From the NCBI GenBank assembly GCA_964600035.1, contig CAZRIB010000005.1, forward strand, positions 1-27,878: a stretch of DNA of 27,878 nt, written 5' to 3'. Positions 17,397 to 26,253 of this stretch are shown here, piece after piece (positions within the stretch are counted from its first letter, which is position 1; each line of letters opens with the position of its first letter). Source of the stretch: an uncultured Ardenticatenaceae bacterium. Its GTDB lineage: Bacteria; Chloroflexota; Anaerolineae; Promineifilales; Promineifilaceae. Under the pieces are notes generated by a model, which made no database searches, was not told the origin of the DNA, and worked only from the letters and a program-made list of their open reading frames with translations. Made by a program: the position numbers and the translations under genes.

Positions 17397-18808
17397 CTTC
17401 TTTGAGACGTTTGACCCACAATGAAGCATTGCAGCGCAAGGTGATTAAAGCCCTCATAATTATTGGGGTGCCTGTGTTGGGCTTTGCCCTGGTGCAGTAC
17501 CGGTCAGATACGATGATGCTGGCGGCGCTGCTGGCTGTGCCGCTGGGGCTGCTGGCTGTTACGCTGCTGCTGCGCTGGCCGCCGTTGGGGTTGCTGGCTG
17601 TGGTGGCTGTGGCGTTGATTGTGCCGTTTGATATTCCGCGTGTGGGTACGGTGGCGATTATGTTGGCCGGGTTAACGGCCGTTTGGCTGGGTGATATGTT
17701 CATGCGGCAGAGGCGGCTGGTTTTTGTGGTGTCTCCTACCATTCCGCCGCTGATCATGTTTACGGCCGTTGTCATCCTCTCCTTCATCATCGGCCAACTG
17801 CCCTGGTTTTACGTCTCCCAGGTTCCCATCGACCGGCAAATCGGCGGTGCAGCCATCTTCATTCTCTCCTTCGCCGCCTTCTTCATGGCCGCCCACCAAA
17901 TCCGCGACATCAAATGGCTAAAATACATGGTATTCGGTTTTATCGTACTGGCCATTCCATCCATCATATTTGGCCTGCGCATTTTACCCGCCCAAACATC
18001 CTTCCGGCTAAACCGCATGATTTACAGCACAAAAATCACCGGCGGCAGTCTGTATTGGTTGTGGCTTGCCGCATTCATTTTTAGCCAAATTTTAATCAAC
18101 AAAAAATTAGACAACCGTCTGCGAATCATTATGGCGTTTTTGTTAGTCGGGCAGTTCTATCTGGCAATGGGACGCAAGCGTGCCTGGACATCAGGTTGGT
18201 TTCCGGCACTCGTTTCATTGGCAATCATCCTGGTGGCATACCGGCCTAAGCTGGCTTTGCCGTTAACCTTAGGGGCGCTGTTGGTTGGGGCACTGGGTTC
18301 TCAGCAAATATATGATGCCGTATTTATTGGTGACAATGAATACAGCGCCATCACCCGCCTGGAAGCCTGGACAATCGTCACGGAAATCGCCAAAAAGAAC
18401 CCTATTCTGGGGCTTGGGCCAGGAAATTATTACAACTACACCACACTTTACTCCATTCGCGGCTGGTACGTGCAGTTTAATTCGCATAACAATTATGTGG
18501 ACATTCTCGCGCAAACCGGCATTTTGGGCATTATTTGTTTTTTGTGGTTTGCGGTGGTGGCTGGACGGCTGGCATGGCGGCTGCGTACTTTAGTGCCCAA
18601 AGGCGGTTTTACAGAAGCGTACGTATTTGGGGCGCTGGGTGGGCTGGTAGGCAGTATGGCCGCTGCCATGTTAGGTGATTGGGTGCTGCCCTTTGTGTTC
18701 AACATCGGCATTTTTGGCCTGCGTGCCAGCATCATTTTCTGGTTGGTAATGGGGGGGCTGGTTGCCATTGACCAGATGCTGATTAAAAAAATTCCAATTG
18801 ATGATTGA
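17393..18808 (+). CDS. O-antigen ligase / Wzy_C family membrane protein (possible O-oligosaccharyltransferase)
   Basis: About 12 TM segments. The late loop contains TRLEAW, PILGLGPGNY and HNNYVDILAQTGILG, the conserved His region of Wzy_C/WaaL. Confidence 0.85.
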   Translation: MTSLRRLTHNEALQRKVIKALIIIGVPVLGFALVQYRSDTMMLAALLAVPLGLLAVTLLLRWPPLGLLAVVAVALIVPFDIPRVGTVAIMLAGLTAVWLGDMFMRQRRLVFVVSPTIPPLIMFTAVVILSFIIGQLPWFYVSQVPIDRQIGGAAIFILSFAAFFMAAHQIRDIKWLKYMVFGFIVLAIPSIIFGLRILPAQTSFRLNRMIYSTKITGGSLYWLWLAAFIFSQILINKKLDNRLRIIMAFLLVGQFYLAMGRKRAWTSGWFPALVSLAIILVAYRPKLALPLTLGALLVGALGSQQIYDAVFIGDNEYSAITRLEAWTIVTEIAKKNPILGLGPGNYYNYTTLYSIRGWYVQFNSHNNYVDILAQTGILGIICFLWFAVVAGRLAWRLRTLVPKGGFTEAYVFGALGGLVGSMAAAMLGDWVLPFVFNIGIFGLRASIIFWLVMGGLVAIDQMLIKKIPIDD

Positions 18809-18921
18809 TTTCTGTAACGGGTATGTAAGCGGCAAGCAGTATGACTTGCAGCCTGCAAACCTGTAACGTGTCGTTGCTTTCATCCATTAACCATCAATCA
18901 TGACTTCACCAAAAAAGAAAT

Positions 18922-18993
18922 TGCGGAGGCGCAAAGGACGCGGAGAATTTGAAGTTATCAGAGAAAAATCTTTGTGTTCTCTGCGCCTCTGCG
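18922..18993. repeat. 9-mer-based imperfect inverted repeat (23-bp stem)
   Basis: TGCGGAGGCGCAAAGGACGCGGA (18922-18944) pairs with TTTGTGTTCTCTGCGCCTCTGCG (18971-18993); most deviations are G:U-compatible. Confidence 0.8.
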
Positions 18994-19049
18994 GTGAATT
19001 TAACCTTTTTTCAATGAACTCAATCTTTATTTTCAAAGGTGACTGACCT

Positions 19050-19874
19050 ATGTTTTCACAAATCGTATCCATAGCAGGGGAAGAACTCCGCTACCAATAC
19101 GTGCAAATTCGTCAAAAATTGACCCAAAACCACCACATACCAGCTAAAGTGCTGGTCAATGGCAGCCCCAAATCGGGCACAACCTGGATGGTGAAATTGA
19201 TTTCGTCTCTACCCGGCTACCGGGAAGTAGGCAATTATCAGGGGGATTTTCAAAAGTATTATCAGAGCGAATCGGGGGATGTCATTCATGGGCATGATCC
19301 GTTTTCTTTGGAATTAAAGCAGATTTTGGCTGAAGCAGGAATCAAGGTTGTGTTGATGGTGCGAGATCCACGTGATCAGTTGGTCTCGCGGATGTTCCAC
19401 ATAAAGCGCAGCCCCAAGCATGTCTGGCATGATCGCATGCAGGATATTGGCGTTGATGAAGCGTTGATGATGTGTATTGAAGGGCGTGAAAATTTACCGG
19501 CTACCAGTCAGGTAATTGCGCTTGCCCAGACGTGGATGGTTCCTGAAGCGGAGATGTTGTGTGTGCGTTATGAAGATATGCTGGCTGATCCGGTGACGCA
19601 TTTTTCCAAGGTGATGCAGTATATTGGCATGGAAGCGGATCATTTGCTGGCGCGGGTGGTGGTGGAGCGTAATCGCTTTGAGCGCCTGTCTGTGGGGAAG
19701 CGTATCTGGCAGCAGCAGCGGCGGCCTGGCCAGGAAGATGCCAACTCTCATTTTCGCAAGGGGATTGCGGGTGACTGGCGTAATTATTTGAAGCCGGAGC
19801 ATATTGCCCGTTTTAAGGAGTTGGCTGGCCGCCAGTTGATTGAGTTGGGCTATGAACAGGATATGGATTGGTAG
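19050..19874 (+). CDS. Sulfotransferase (Sulfotransfer_1-like)
   Basis: 5'-PSB GSPKSGTTW, 3'-PB MVRDPRDQLVS, and C-terminal RKGIAGDWRNY matching the RKGxxGDWKNxF motif. Confidence 0.9.
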   Translation: MFSQIVSIAGEELRYQYVQIRQKLTQNHHIPAKVLVNGSPKSGTTWMVKLISSLPGYREVGNYQGDFQKYYQSESGDVIHGHDPFSLELKQILAEAGIKVVLMVRDPRDQLVSRMFHIKRSPKHVWHDRMQDIGVDEALMMCIEGRENLPATSQVIALAQTWMVPEAEMLCVRYEDMLADPVTHFSKVMQYIGMEADHLLARVVVERNRFERLSVGKRIWQQQRRPGQEDANSHFRKGIAGDWRNYLKPEHIARFKELAGRQLIELGYEQDMDW

Positions 19875-19880
19875 CCTGTG

Positions 19881-20798
19881 ATGGTGAAGCTTTCTGTTGT
19901 GATTGTTAGCTGGAATACGGCCGATTTGCTGCGGGCATGCTTGCGCTCTGTTTATGAGCATCCGCCAACGGTGACGTTTGAGGTTTGGGTGGTGGATAAT
20001 GCGTCGCATGATGGTAGTGCGGAGATGGTGCGGCGTGAGTTTCCGCAGGTGAAACTGGTGGCGAAGGATGTGAATGGGGGGTTTGCGGCAGGAAATAATG
20101 AGGCGCTGCCGCTGTGTGCCGGGGAGTATGTGCTGTTGTTGAATCCTGATACGGTGGTGAAGCCGAATGCGCTGCAAGCGTTGGTGGATTTTTTGGATGA
20201 AACGCCGGATGCAGGCGCGGCGGGGTCGATGCTGTTGAACCCGGATGGTTCTTTGCAGCCGTCGGCTTTTCCGGCGCCGACGCTGCGGCGGGAGTTGTGG
20301 CGGTTGTTTCATTTGGACAGGATACGGCCGTATGGCATTTACCACATGCAGCAGTGGGACACGGCCGTTCCCCGTGAAGTAGACGTACTGCAAGGGGCAT
20401 CCTTGCTCATTCGCCGCGACATTTTGAACCAGATTGGCTTGTTCGACACAACCTACTTTATGTACTCCGAAGAAGTCGATTTATGCCGTCGGCTGCAGTT
20501 GGCTGGCTGGCGGTTGTATTGGGTTCCTGCTTCTCGCGTGGTGCATTATGGCGGGCAAAGCACCCGGCAAATTGCAGAGCAGATGTTTATTCAGCTTTAC
20601 CGGGGCAAGCTGCTTTATTTTCGCAAGCATTACGGCCGTTTTCATGCGTGGGCATACAAAGCAGTTTTGGCACTGGCTTCCGTGGCGCGGCTGGCACTCA
20701 CCCCGCTGGTCGTGGTGCAGTCCGCCGAAAAACGGCAGCAAAGCCTGACATTGGCGCGGTATTATGCCCATCTTGTCAAAGCCATTCCCTCCTTTTAA
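19881..20798 (+). CDS. Glycosyltransferase family 2 (WbbL-like)
   Basis: LSVVIVSWN, VVDNASHDGS, GFAAGNN, LLLNPD and YFMYSEEVDLCRR. ATG 19881 or GTG 19878. Confidence 0.92.
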   Translation: MVKLSVVIVSWNTADLLRACLRSVYEHPPTVTFEVWVVDNASHDGSAEMVRREFPQVKLVAKDVNGGFAAGNNEALPLCAGEYVLLLNPDTVVKPNALQALVDFLDETPDAGAAGSMLLNPDGSLQPSAFPAPTLRRELWRLFHLDRIRPYGIYHMQQWDTAVPREVDVLQGASLLIRRDILNQIGLFDTTYFMYSEEVDLCRRLQLAGWRLYWVPASRVVHYGGQSTRQIAEQMFIQLYRGKLLYFRKHYGRFHAWAYKAVLALASVARLALTPLVVVQSAEKRQQSLTLARYYAHLVKAIPSF

Positions 20799-22066
20799 TG
20801 AACGTTATGACCGAATCCAAGATGAAAATTTTGTTTTTGACCCAAATTATTCCATATCCCCCGGATGCCGGGCCGCGTGTCAAAACGTGGCACGTGCTGC
20901 GCTATCTTATTGAGCGAGGGCATGAGGTGACGCTGGCTTCTTTTGTGCGGCCAGATGAGGAGCGCCATGTACCTGTGTTGGCGGAGCTGTGCCATGCGGT
21001 GCATACCGTTCCCATTCGCCGGTCGCGGGTGGCTGATGTGGGTTTTTGGCTGCGCAGTCAGGTGACGAGACGGCCGTTTTTGATTGAACGGGATGATTTG
21101 CCGGGTATGCGCCAATTGGTGCGCCGCCTGCTGGCGGAGACACCTTTTGATATTGTGCATGCCGACCAACTGACGATGACGCAGTTTGCGCTGGATGCGC
21201 TGGAAATGGGGGAGAAACGGCCGTACACGATTTTCGACGCCCACAACGCCACCTGGACAATTTCGGCGCGTATGGCAGAAAACATGCCCTGGTTTCTTAG
21301 ACCTGTTGTCAAGCTGGAAACTGCCCGTATTCAAAAATATGAGGCCATGTTGGTCGAGCAGTTAGACCATACGATGGTGGTGATTGCCCCTGATCGGGAA
21401 GCGCTGCTGGCTGCAGCCGGAAACGGCCGTGCCGCCCGGTTAGCCCCAAAAATCTCCGTTATTCCCATTGCCGTTGACACAAACGTTTTGCAGCCTGTCA
21501 AACGCAGCCCGGCATCGCTCAACATTTTGACATTGGGGTCATTAAATTATCCGCCCAACGCCGATGGCATCCGCTGGTTTGTGCGGGACGTTTTTCCGCT
21601 TATCCGGCAGGAAGTACCGGATGTTACATTGACCGTCATCGGGAAAAACCCGCCTGCTGATTTTGTGCGCTGGGCTGAACAGGAACCGGCCGTTTTTGAT
21701 GTGACAGGCTACGTGGAAGATTTGACGCCCTACATGGAAAAGGCCGCCTTGATGGTTGTGCCGGTGCGGGCTGGCGGCGGTATGCGTGTGCGTTTACTGG
21801 AGGCTTTTTCCCGGGCTATGCCCACTGTGACCACCACGATTGGTCTGGAAGGGATTGAAGCGGAATCCGGGCGGGAGGTGTTGGTGGCAGATTCGCCGGA
21901 AGAGTTTGCGCGGGCGGTGCTTCATTTGCTGCGTAACCCTGCTTTGCAAGATCATTTGGCGGAACACGGCCGTATCCTGGCACAAAAGAAATATGACTGG
22001 CGTGTTGTCCTGGCAAAAATGGATGCCGTCTATCAAAAAGCCAGACAGCCATTCTCTAACCATTAA
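20798..22066 (+). CDS. Glycosyltransferase family 4
   Basis: MKILFLTQIIPYPPDAG, TLGSLNYPPNADG and GGGMRVRLLEAF. Start at ATG 20798 (TAATG overlap) or 20807/20822; the ORF-track extension from 20483 is rejected. Confidence 0.9.
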   Translation: MNVMTESKMKILFLTQIIPYPPDAGPRVKTWHVLRYLIERGHEVTLASFVRPDEERHVPVLAELCHAVHTVPIRRSRVADVGFWLRSQVTRRPFLIERDDLPGMRQLVRRLLAETPFDIVHADQLTMTQFALDALEMGEKRPYTIFDAHNATWTISARMAENMPWFLRPVVKLETARIQKYEAMLVEQLDHTMVVIAPDREALLAAAGNGRAARLAPKISVIPIAVDTNVLQPVKRSPASLNILTLGSLNYPPNADGIRWFVRDVFPLIRQEVPDVTLTVIGKNPPADFVRWAEQEPAVFDVTGYVEDLTPYMEKAALMVVPVRAGGGMRVRLLEAFSRAMPTVTTTIGLEGIEAESGREVLVADSPEEFARAVLHLLRNPALQDHLAEHGRILAQKKYDWRVVLAKMDAVYQKARQPFSNH

Positions 22067-22110
22067 TCTTTCATCCATCAATCATCAACCTTTATTCACA
22101 GGAGCAACAG

Positions 22111-23403
22111 ATGCTTAACCGCGTGTGGGAAAATCCTCGCCGAACATTAACAGCCATCATTATCGTGGCGGTGCTGCTGCGGGTGGGGGCAGCGCTGTAT
22201 ATTGGCAACACCATCGAAGCGCTACCCGGCATTTTTGATGAAGTGTCTTACCATACGCTGGCGCTGCGGGTGCTGGATGGGCATGGTTTTTCTTTTGGTG
22301 AACGGTGGTGGCCGGCAACGGCCGCAAACGCCCCAACCGCACACTGGTCCTTTTTGTACACGCTGTACCTTGCCGGAATTTATGCCCTGGTTGGCGAATC
22401 GCCTTTGGTGGCGCGGGTGATTCAGGCGGTGTTGGTGGGGATTGCCATGCCCTGGCTGGCGTTTCGGTTGGCACTGCTGGTGTTTGCGCAGTGGGGGCAA
22501 AAGTATGCGGAAAAGGTTGGGCTGGCGGCGGCGGCGGTAACGGCCGTGTACATTTATCTCTTTTACTATGCGGCTGCACTCATCACCGAAAGTTTCTACA
22601 TCACCGCCATCATGGCTTCGTTCTACTTTGCCTTTCGTATCCAGAAGGCCCAAAATGCCCGGCTGTCTGATTGGGTGTGGCTGGGTGTTTGTTTAGGGGT
22701 GACTGTGCTGCTGCGGCAGTTGTTTTTGTTGTTTGTGCCGTTTTTGCTGCTGTGGCTGTGGTGGGCAGTGCGCCCGTCGTTGTGGCGGCTGGTCTTGCCT
22801 CTTGTTCTCATCGGTATGATGGTGGCCCCTTTTACCGTGCGTAATCAGCGCGTATTCGGCCGTTTTGTCCTGCTCAATACCAACTCCGGGTATGCTTTCT
22901 TTTGGGGCAACCACCCCCGGTACGGCACAAAATTCATTCCTATTTTGCCTTCCCGCGAATATTACGAAATGATTCCCGATGAACTGTTGGCGCAAGGGCT
23001 AAATGAAGCGGAACTGGAGTCTGAACTTTTATCTTTGGGCTTGGGGTTTGTTTTTGATGATTTCGGCCGTTACATCAAACTGTCATTAAGTCGCATTCCT
23101 GCTTACTTTGTTTTCTGGCCGTCGTCACAATCATCTACCATTTCCAACATTTCCCGCGTGGGCAGTTTTGGCCTGTTTTTGCCTTTCATGGTGTATGGGC
23201 TGGTGTTGGGTTTGCGCAAACGGGCTGCTTCATTTGCCGATTGGCTGCGTATGCCGCAAACGCTGCTGGTGCTGTTCATGTTGTTTTACACAGCCCTGCA
23301 CGTGCTTACGTGGACACTGATTCGTTATCGGATTCCAATTGATGCGATATTGATTTTGTATGCCGGTTTAGCGCTGGTAACAATTGAAGAAAAAATCTTT
23401 TAG
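22111..23403 (+). CDS. ArnT/PMT (GT39-like, GT-C) membrane glycosyltransferase
   Basis: Polytopic, with IFDEVSY acidic loop, ITESFY, LLRQ, PFTVRN and RYRIP. GGAGCA at 22101-22106. Confidence 0.78.
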   Translation: MLNRVWENPRRTLTAIIIVAVLLRVGAALYIGNTIEALPGIFDEVSYHTLALRVLDGHGFSFGERWWPATAANAPTAHWSFLYTLYLAGIYALVGESPLVARVIQAVLVGIAMPWLAFRLALLVFAQWGQKYAEKVGLAAAAVTAVYIYLFYYAAALITESFYITAIMASFYFAFRIQKAQNARLSDWVWLGVCLGVTVLLRQLFLLFVPFLLLWLWWAVRPSLWRLVLPLVLIGMMVAPFTVRNQRVFGRFVLLNTNSGYAFFWGNHPRYGTKFIPILPSREYYEMIPDELLAQGLNEAELESELLSLGLGFVFDDFGRYIKLSLSRIPAYFVFWPSSQSSTISNISRVGSFGLFLPFMVYGLVLGLRKRAASFADWLRMPQTLLVLFMLFYTALHVLTWTLIRYRIPIDAILILYAGLALVTIEEKIF

Positions 23404-23468
23404 CGTAATCCGAAGCCCGTACACCCGTGATTGGGATGCAGATAACGGGTTACGGGCAACGGATTACG
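23404..23468. terminator. Long imperfect hairpin between convergent genes; candidate bidirectional terminator built from CCGTAAT/TTACGG heptamers
   Basis: CGTAATCCGAAGCCCGTACACCCGTGAT (23404-23431) pairs with ATAACGGGTTACGGGCAACGGATTACG (23442-23468). It starts immediately after the + strand stop (23403) and ends 8 nt before the - strand stop (23477). There is no clear U-tract. Confidence 0.55.
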
Positions 23469-23476
23469 GATACCGT

Positions 23477-24589
23477 CTACATACCAAAACAGTAATTTGT
23501 AAAGAAGCAGATGCGCCAGCTTATCCAGCCGATTTGTGAGAACAGGTACCACAGGTATGCGCCAATGAGCAGCACTCCGGCGTAACGGCCGATTGCCCAG
23601 CGCCGTACGATTAACAAAAACAACAGCGCTATCACCGTTGCAAACAAGAGAATAACAGAAGATTCCAGGTTTTCTGTAACAACCTGCATATTTTCACCGC
23701 GCCACAAAATGATGAACACCCAGGGCAGGCCCAGCCCAATGGCAATATCGAAGATGTTGGAGCCGACAGCATTGGCAATGGCCATGTCGCCTTGTCCTTT
23801 TCTGGCAACGACAATGGAACTCATCAGGTCGGGAATGCTGGTTCCGGCGGCCAGAATGGTGAGAGCGATGATGACTTCTGGTACACCGATGGCGTGGGCA
23901 ATTTGTACGGCCGATTCCACCATGAGGTGTGAAAGCAAGGCCAGAAAAATGATGGAGACGGCAAAGTTGAAGATGAGGAGATGCGGCCGTTTCCGCAAAT
24001 CGGCAAAAAAGAGCGACAACGTTTTGTCCAGCACATTGCGCCATGTCCACCCGCTGGCACGCAGGGCTTGTTGGGGACTTTCCTCCTCCTCCTCATTTTG
24101 CGCATTATCCGCCTCAATTTCATAAGGCAGCCACTTCTTCCACAGGCCAAACGAGAACAAGTAAACGACATACAAGCTCACATACATGAGCGCGTCAACC
24201 AGAGTGATGGTGCCATCTCGAAACGTAAACAGCAGCAGCAAGATGCAGACAATGTAAAAAATCAGGTCACGGATGACAGGCTGCCATGTCAGCACAGCCC
24301 GTTTAACCAATGCCGAAGCCCCAATAATGACCAAAATGTTAAAAATGGCTGACCCCACAATTGTGCCAGCACCCATTGCCTGCTGTTCCTGCACCCGAAA
24401 CAGCGCCAAAATGGAAACAAACAACTCCGGTGCAGATGAGCCGACTGCCATGAACGTAGCCCCGGCAATATCGGAGGAAAGTTTCAGCCGGTCAGAGATA
24501 ATTTCCAGCGTTTCAACAAAATAGACTTCTACAACCTGGGCGAGCAGGTAAAAAGCCAGTAACAGTTCCAAAATCCACAGGATGATCAT
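23477..24589 (-). CDS. Calcium/sodium antiporter (CaCA family, NCKX-like)
   Basis: Alpha-1 repeat GATFMAVGSSAPELF...GTIVGSAIFNIL and alpha-2 repeat ILAAGTSIPDL...GDMAIANAVGSNIFDI. Two 5-TM halves joined by an acidic loop (NEEEEES). Confidence 0.9.
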   Translation of the reverse strand: MIILWILELLLAFYLLAQVVEVYFVETLEIISDRLKLSSDIAGATFMAVGSSAPELFVSILALFRVQEQQAMGAGTIVGSAIFNILVIIGASALVKRAVLTWQPVIRDLIFYIVCILLLLFTFRDGTITLVDALMYVSLYVVYLFSFGLWKKWLPYEIEADNAQNEEEEESPQQALRASGWTWRNVLDKTLSLFFADLRKRPHLLIFNFAVSIIFLALLSHLMVESAVQIAHAIGVPEVIIALTILAAGTSIPDLMSSIVVARKGQGDMAIANAVGSNIFDIAIGLGLPWVFIILWRGENMQVVTENLESSVILLFATVIALLFLLIVRRWAIGRYAGVLLIGAYLWYLFSQIGWISWRICFFTNYCFGM

Positions 24590-24955
24590 GATTACTTTTT
24601 TGCTTCCTTGTTTGTTGGTGTGTGCCTGTTTTGTACGGCGAGATTTTTACAGGGTCAGAAGGATACACGCAAATTGAAAAACACAAAAACTGAAGGCGGG
24701 TTGGTGTAAGCCGGTTGGTAAGAAAGGATCGTTACTATTCCACTGTAAAAGCCAACAATGATAAATAGCTTGGTTACATGTTGAACTTTTTTCTGAAATG
24801 GGGGAGCCATCGTGAACGGCTGGGCAAACCACAAAAGGTGTTTGAGTGTGAGAACATCTTTTTCCTTGTGGGCTGCTTGTGTAATTGGCAAAAAATCCCG
24901 GGTGTTTTTGTGCTAATTGCATCACACATTGTTGGCGCCATGAATTTATCTGCTT

Positions 24956-26182
24956 ATGGATGTACTCTTTATTGTTCCCTATGTGCCCAATTTGGTGAGG
25001 ACACGCCCCTATAACTTTATTCGAGCATTGAGTGAGCGCGGTAACCGGGTGACGGTGTTGACTGTGCGCGCCAGTGAAGCGGATGAGGCGGATTTGGCTG
25101 CGCTGCGAAAGATGGTGTATGCGGTGGAGGCGGTGTCTTTGCCTGTTTGGCGTTCCCTGCTGAATTGTTTGCCGGCTTTGTTGTCGGGTGTGCCTTTGCA
25201 AACACGCTTTTCGTGGGATGCGGGTCTGTTTTCGCGGTTAAACGGCCGTTTCCCCTTTGACGTGGTTCATGTCGAACACCTTCGTGGCGTGCGCTATGCC
25301 CTGCATCTCAAAAAACACACCCAACTACCCGTTGTATGGGACAGCGTAGACTGCATTACCCATTTGTTTAAGCAGGCCGCTGCACAAAGCAAAAACAATA
25401 TGCTTCGCTGGCGCAGCCGCTTTGAATTGGGGCGCACAGAGCGGTATGAGCGGTGGCTTTTGGACAAATTTGACCAAATTTTGGTGACGTCGCATCTGGA
25501 TAGGGAAGCGATGCAGTCGCTGAACCCCCAACAGCCAGCACCCATTACGGTGGTTCCCAATGGGGTGGATTTGAACTATTTTCGGCCAGACACGGCCGTT
25601 ACCCGGCAAGAAAAATCACTCGTTGTCAGCGGCAAGATGAGCTACCACGCCAATATCAGCATGGTGCTGCATCTTGTGGAAAAAATTATGCCGCATGTGT
25701 GGCAAGAACAGCCAGACGTGACCCTCACCATTGTGGGCAAAGACCCGACCAAAGAGGTGGTGGCATTGGCTGAACATCCAAACATTACAGTAACGGGGAC
25801 GGTGCCGGAGATACGGCCGTATCTCCAACAAGCCGCCATCGCCCTCACCCCACTCACTTACGGCGCAGGTGTCCAAAACAAAGTACTGGAAGCAATGGCC
25901 TGCGGCACACCCGTTGTCAGCACAACACGCGCCATCAAACCGCTGGGTGTCCAGCCGGGGCGCGCTCTCCTGGCTGCCGATGACCCGGCCCAATTTGCCC
26001 GGCACGTCCTGGAACTGCTGGCAAACCCGGCACAACGCGCCCAAATCGGCCGTGCCGCCAGAGCATACGTAGAACAGAACCACAACTGGCACACACTGGC
26101 TGGAGACCTGGAGCAAATTTACCAACAAGCAAAACATCAACACAACCCGGTATTCAAACAAGCCGCCACAGCCGCAAAATAG
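24956..26182 (+). CDS. Glycosyltransferase family 4
   Basis: VVPNGVDLNYF, VSGKMSYHANI and GAGVQNKVLEAMACGTPVV. Confidence 0.92.
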   Translation: MDVLFIVPYVPNLVRTRPYNFIRALSERGNRVTVLTVRASEADEADLAALRKMVYAVEAVSLPVWRSLLNCLPALLSGVPLQTRFSWDAGLFSRLNGRFPFDVVHVEHLRGVRYALHLKKHTQLPVVWDSVDCITHLFKQAAAQSKNNMLRWRSRFELGRTERYERWLLDKFDQILVTSHLDREAMQSLNPQQPAPITVVPNGVDLNYFRPDTAVTRQEKSLVVSGKMSYHANISMVLHLVEKIMPHVWQEQPDVTLTIVGKDPTKEVVALAEHPNITVTGTVPEIRPYLQQAAIALTPLTYGAGVQNKVLEAMACGTPVVSTTRAIKPLGVQPGRALLAADDPAQFARHVLELLANPAQRAQIGRAARAYVEQNHNWHTLAGDLEQIYQQAKHQHNPVFKQAATAAK

Positions 26183-26253
26183 GTCATTTTCAACGAATTA
26201 GAATCGTTGCAATTAGTTTGTGTAATGGAACAATAGCAAAGGTGTAGCAGTCC

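Noticed and set aside
19494-20393. 299-aa antisense ORF spanning two genes
   Set aside because: It is in codon register with the sense genes and covers the longest G/T-rich tract. Scarcity of A-ending sense codons (TTA/CTA/TCA) removes antisense stops, so it is a by-product of the skew. The translation has no recognisable motifs.
20483-20797. 105-aa N-terminal extension of the GT4 ORF
   Set aside because: It overlaps the GT2 gene in another frame. Paralogs begin at MKILFL, and a TAATG coupling exists at 20796-20800.
24590-24955. Divergent promoter region; searched for JUMPStart/ops, riboswitch or small ORF
   Set aside because: It must contain promoters by gene geometry, but I could not identify convincing -35/-10 boxes, an ops element or a structured RNA by eye.
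26191-26209. Short inverted repeat CAACGA...TCGTTG upstream of hddA
   Set aside because: Only a 6-bp stem with no U-tract and no second copy, so compatible with chance.
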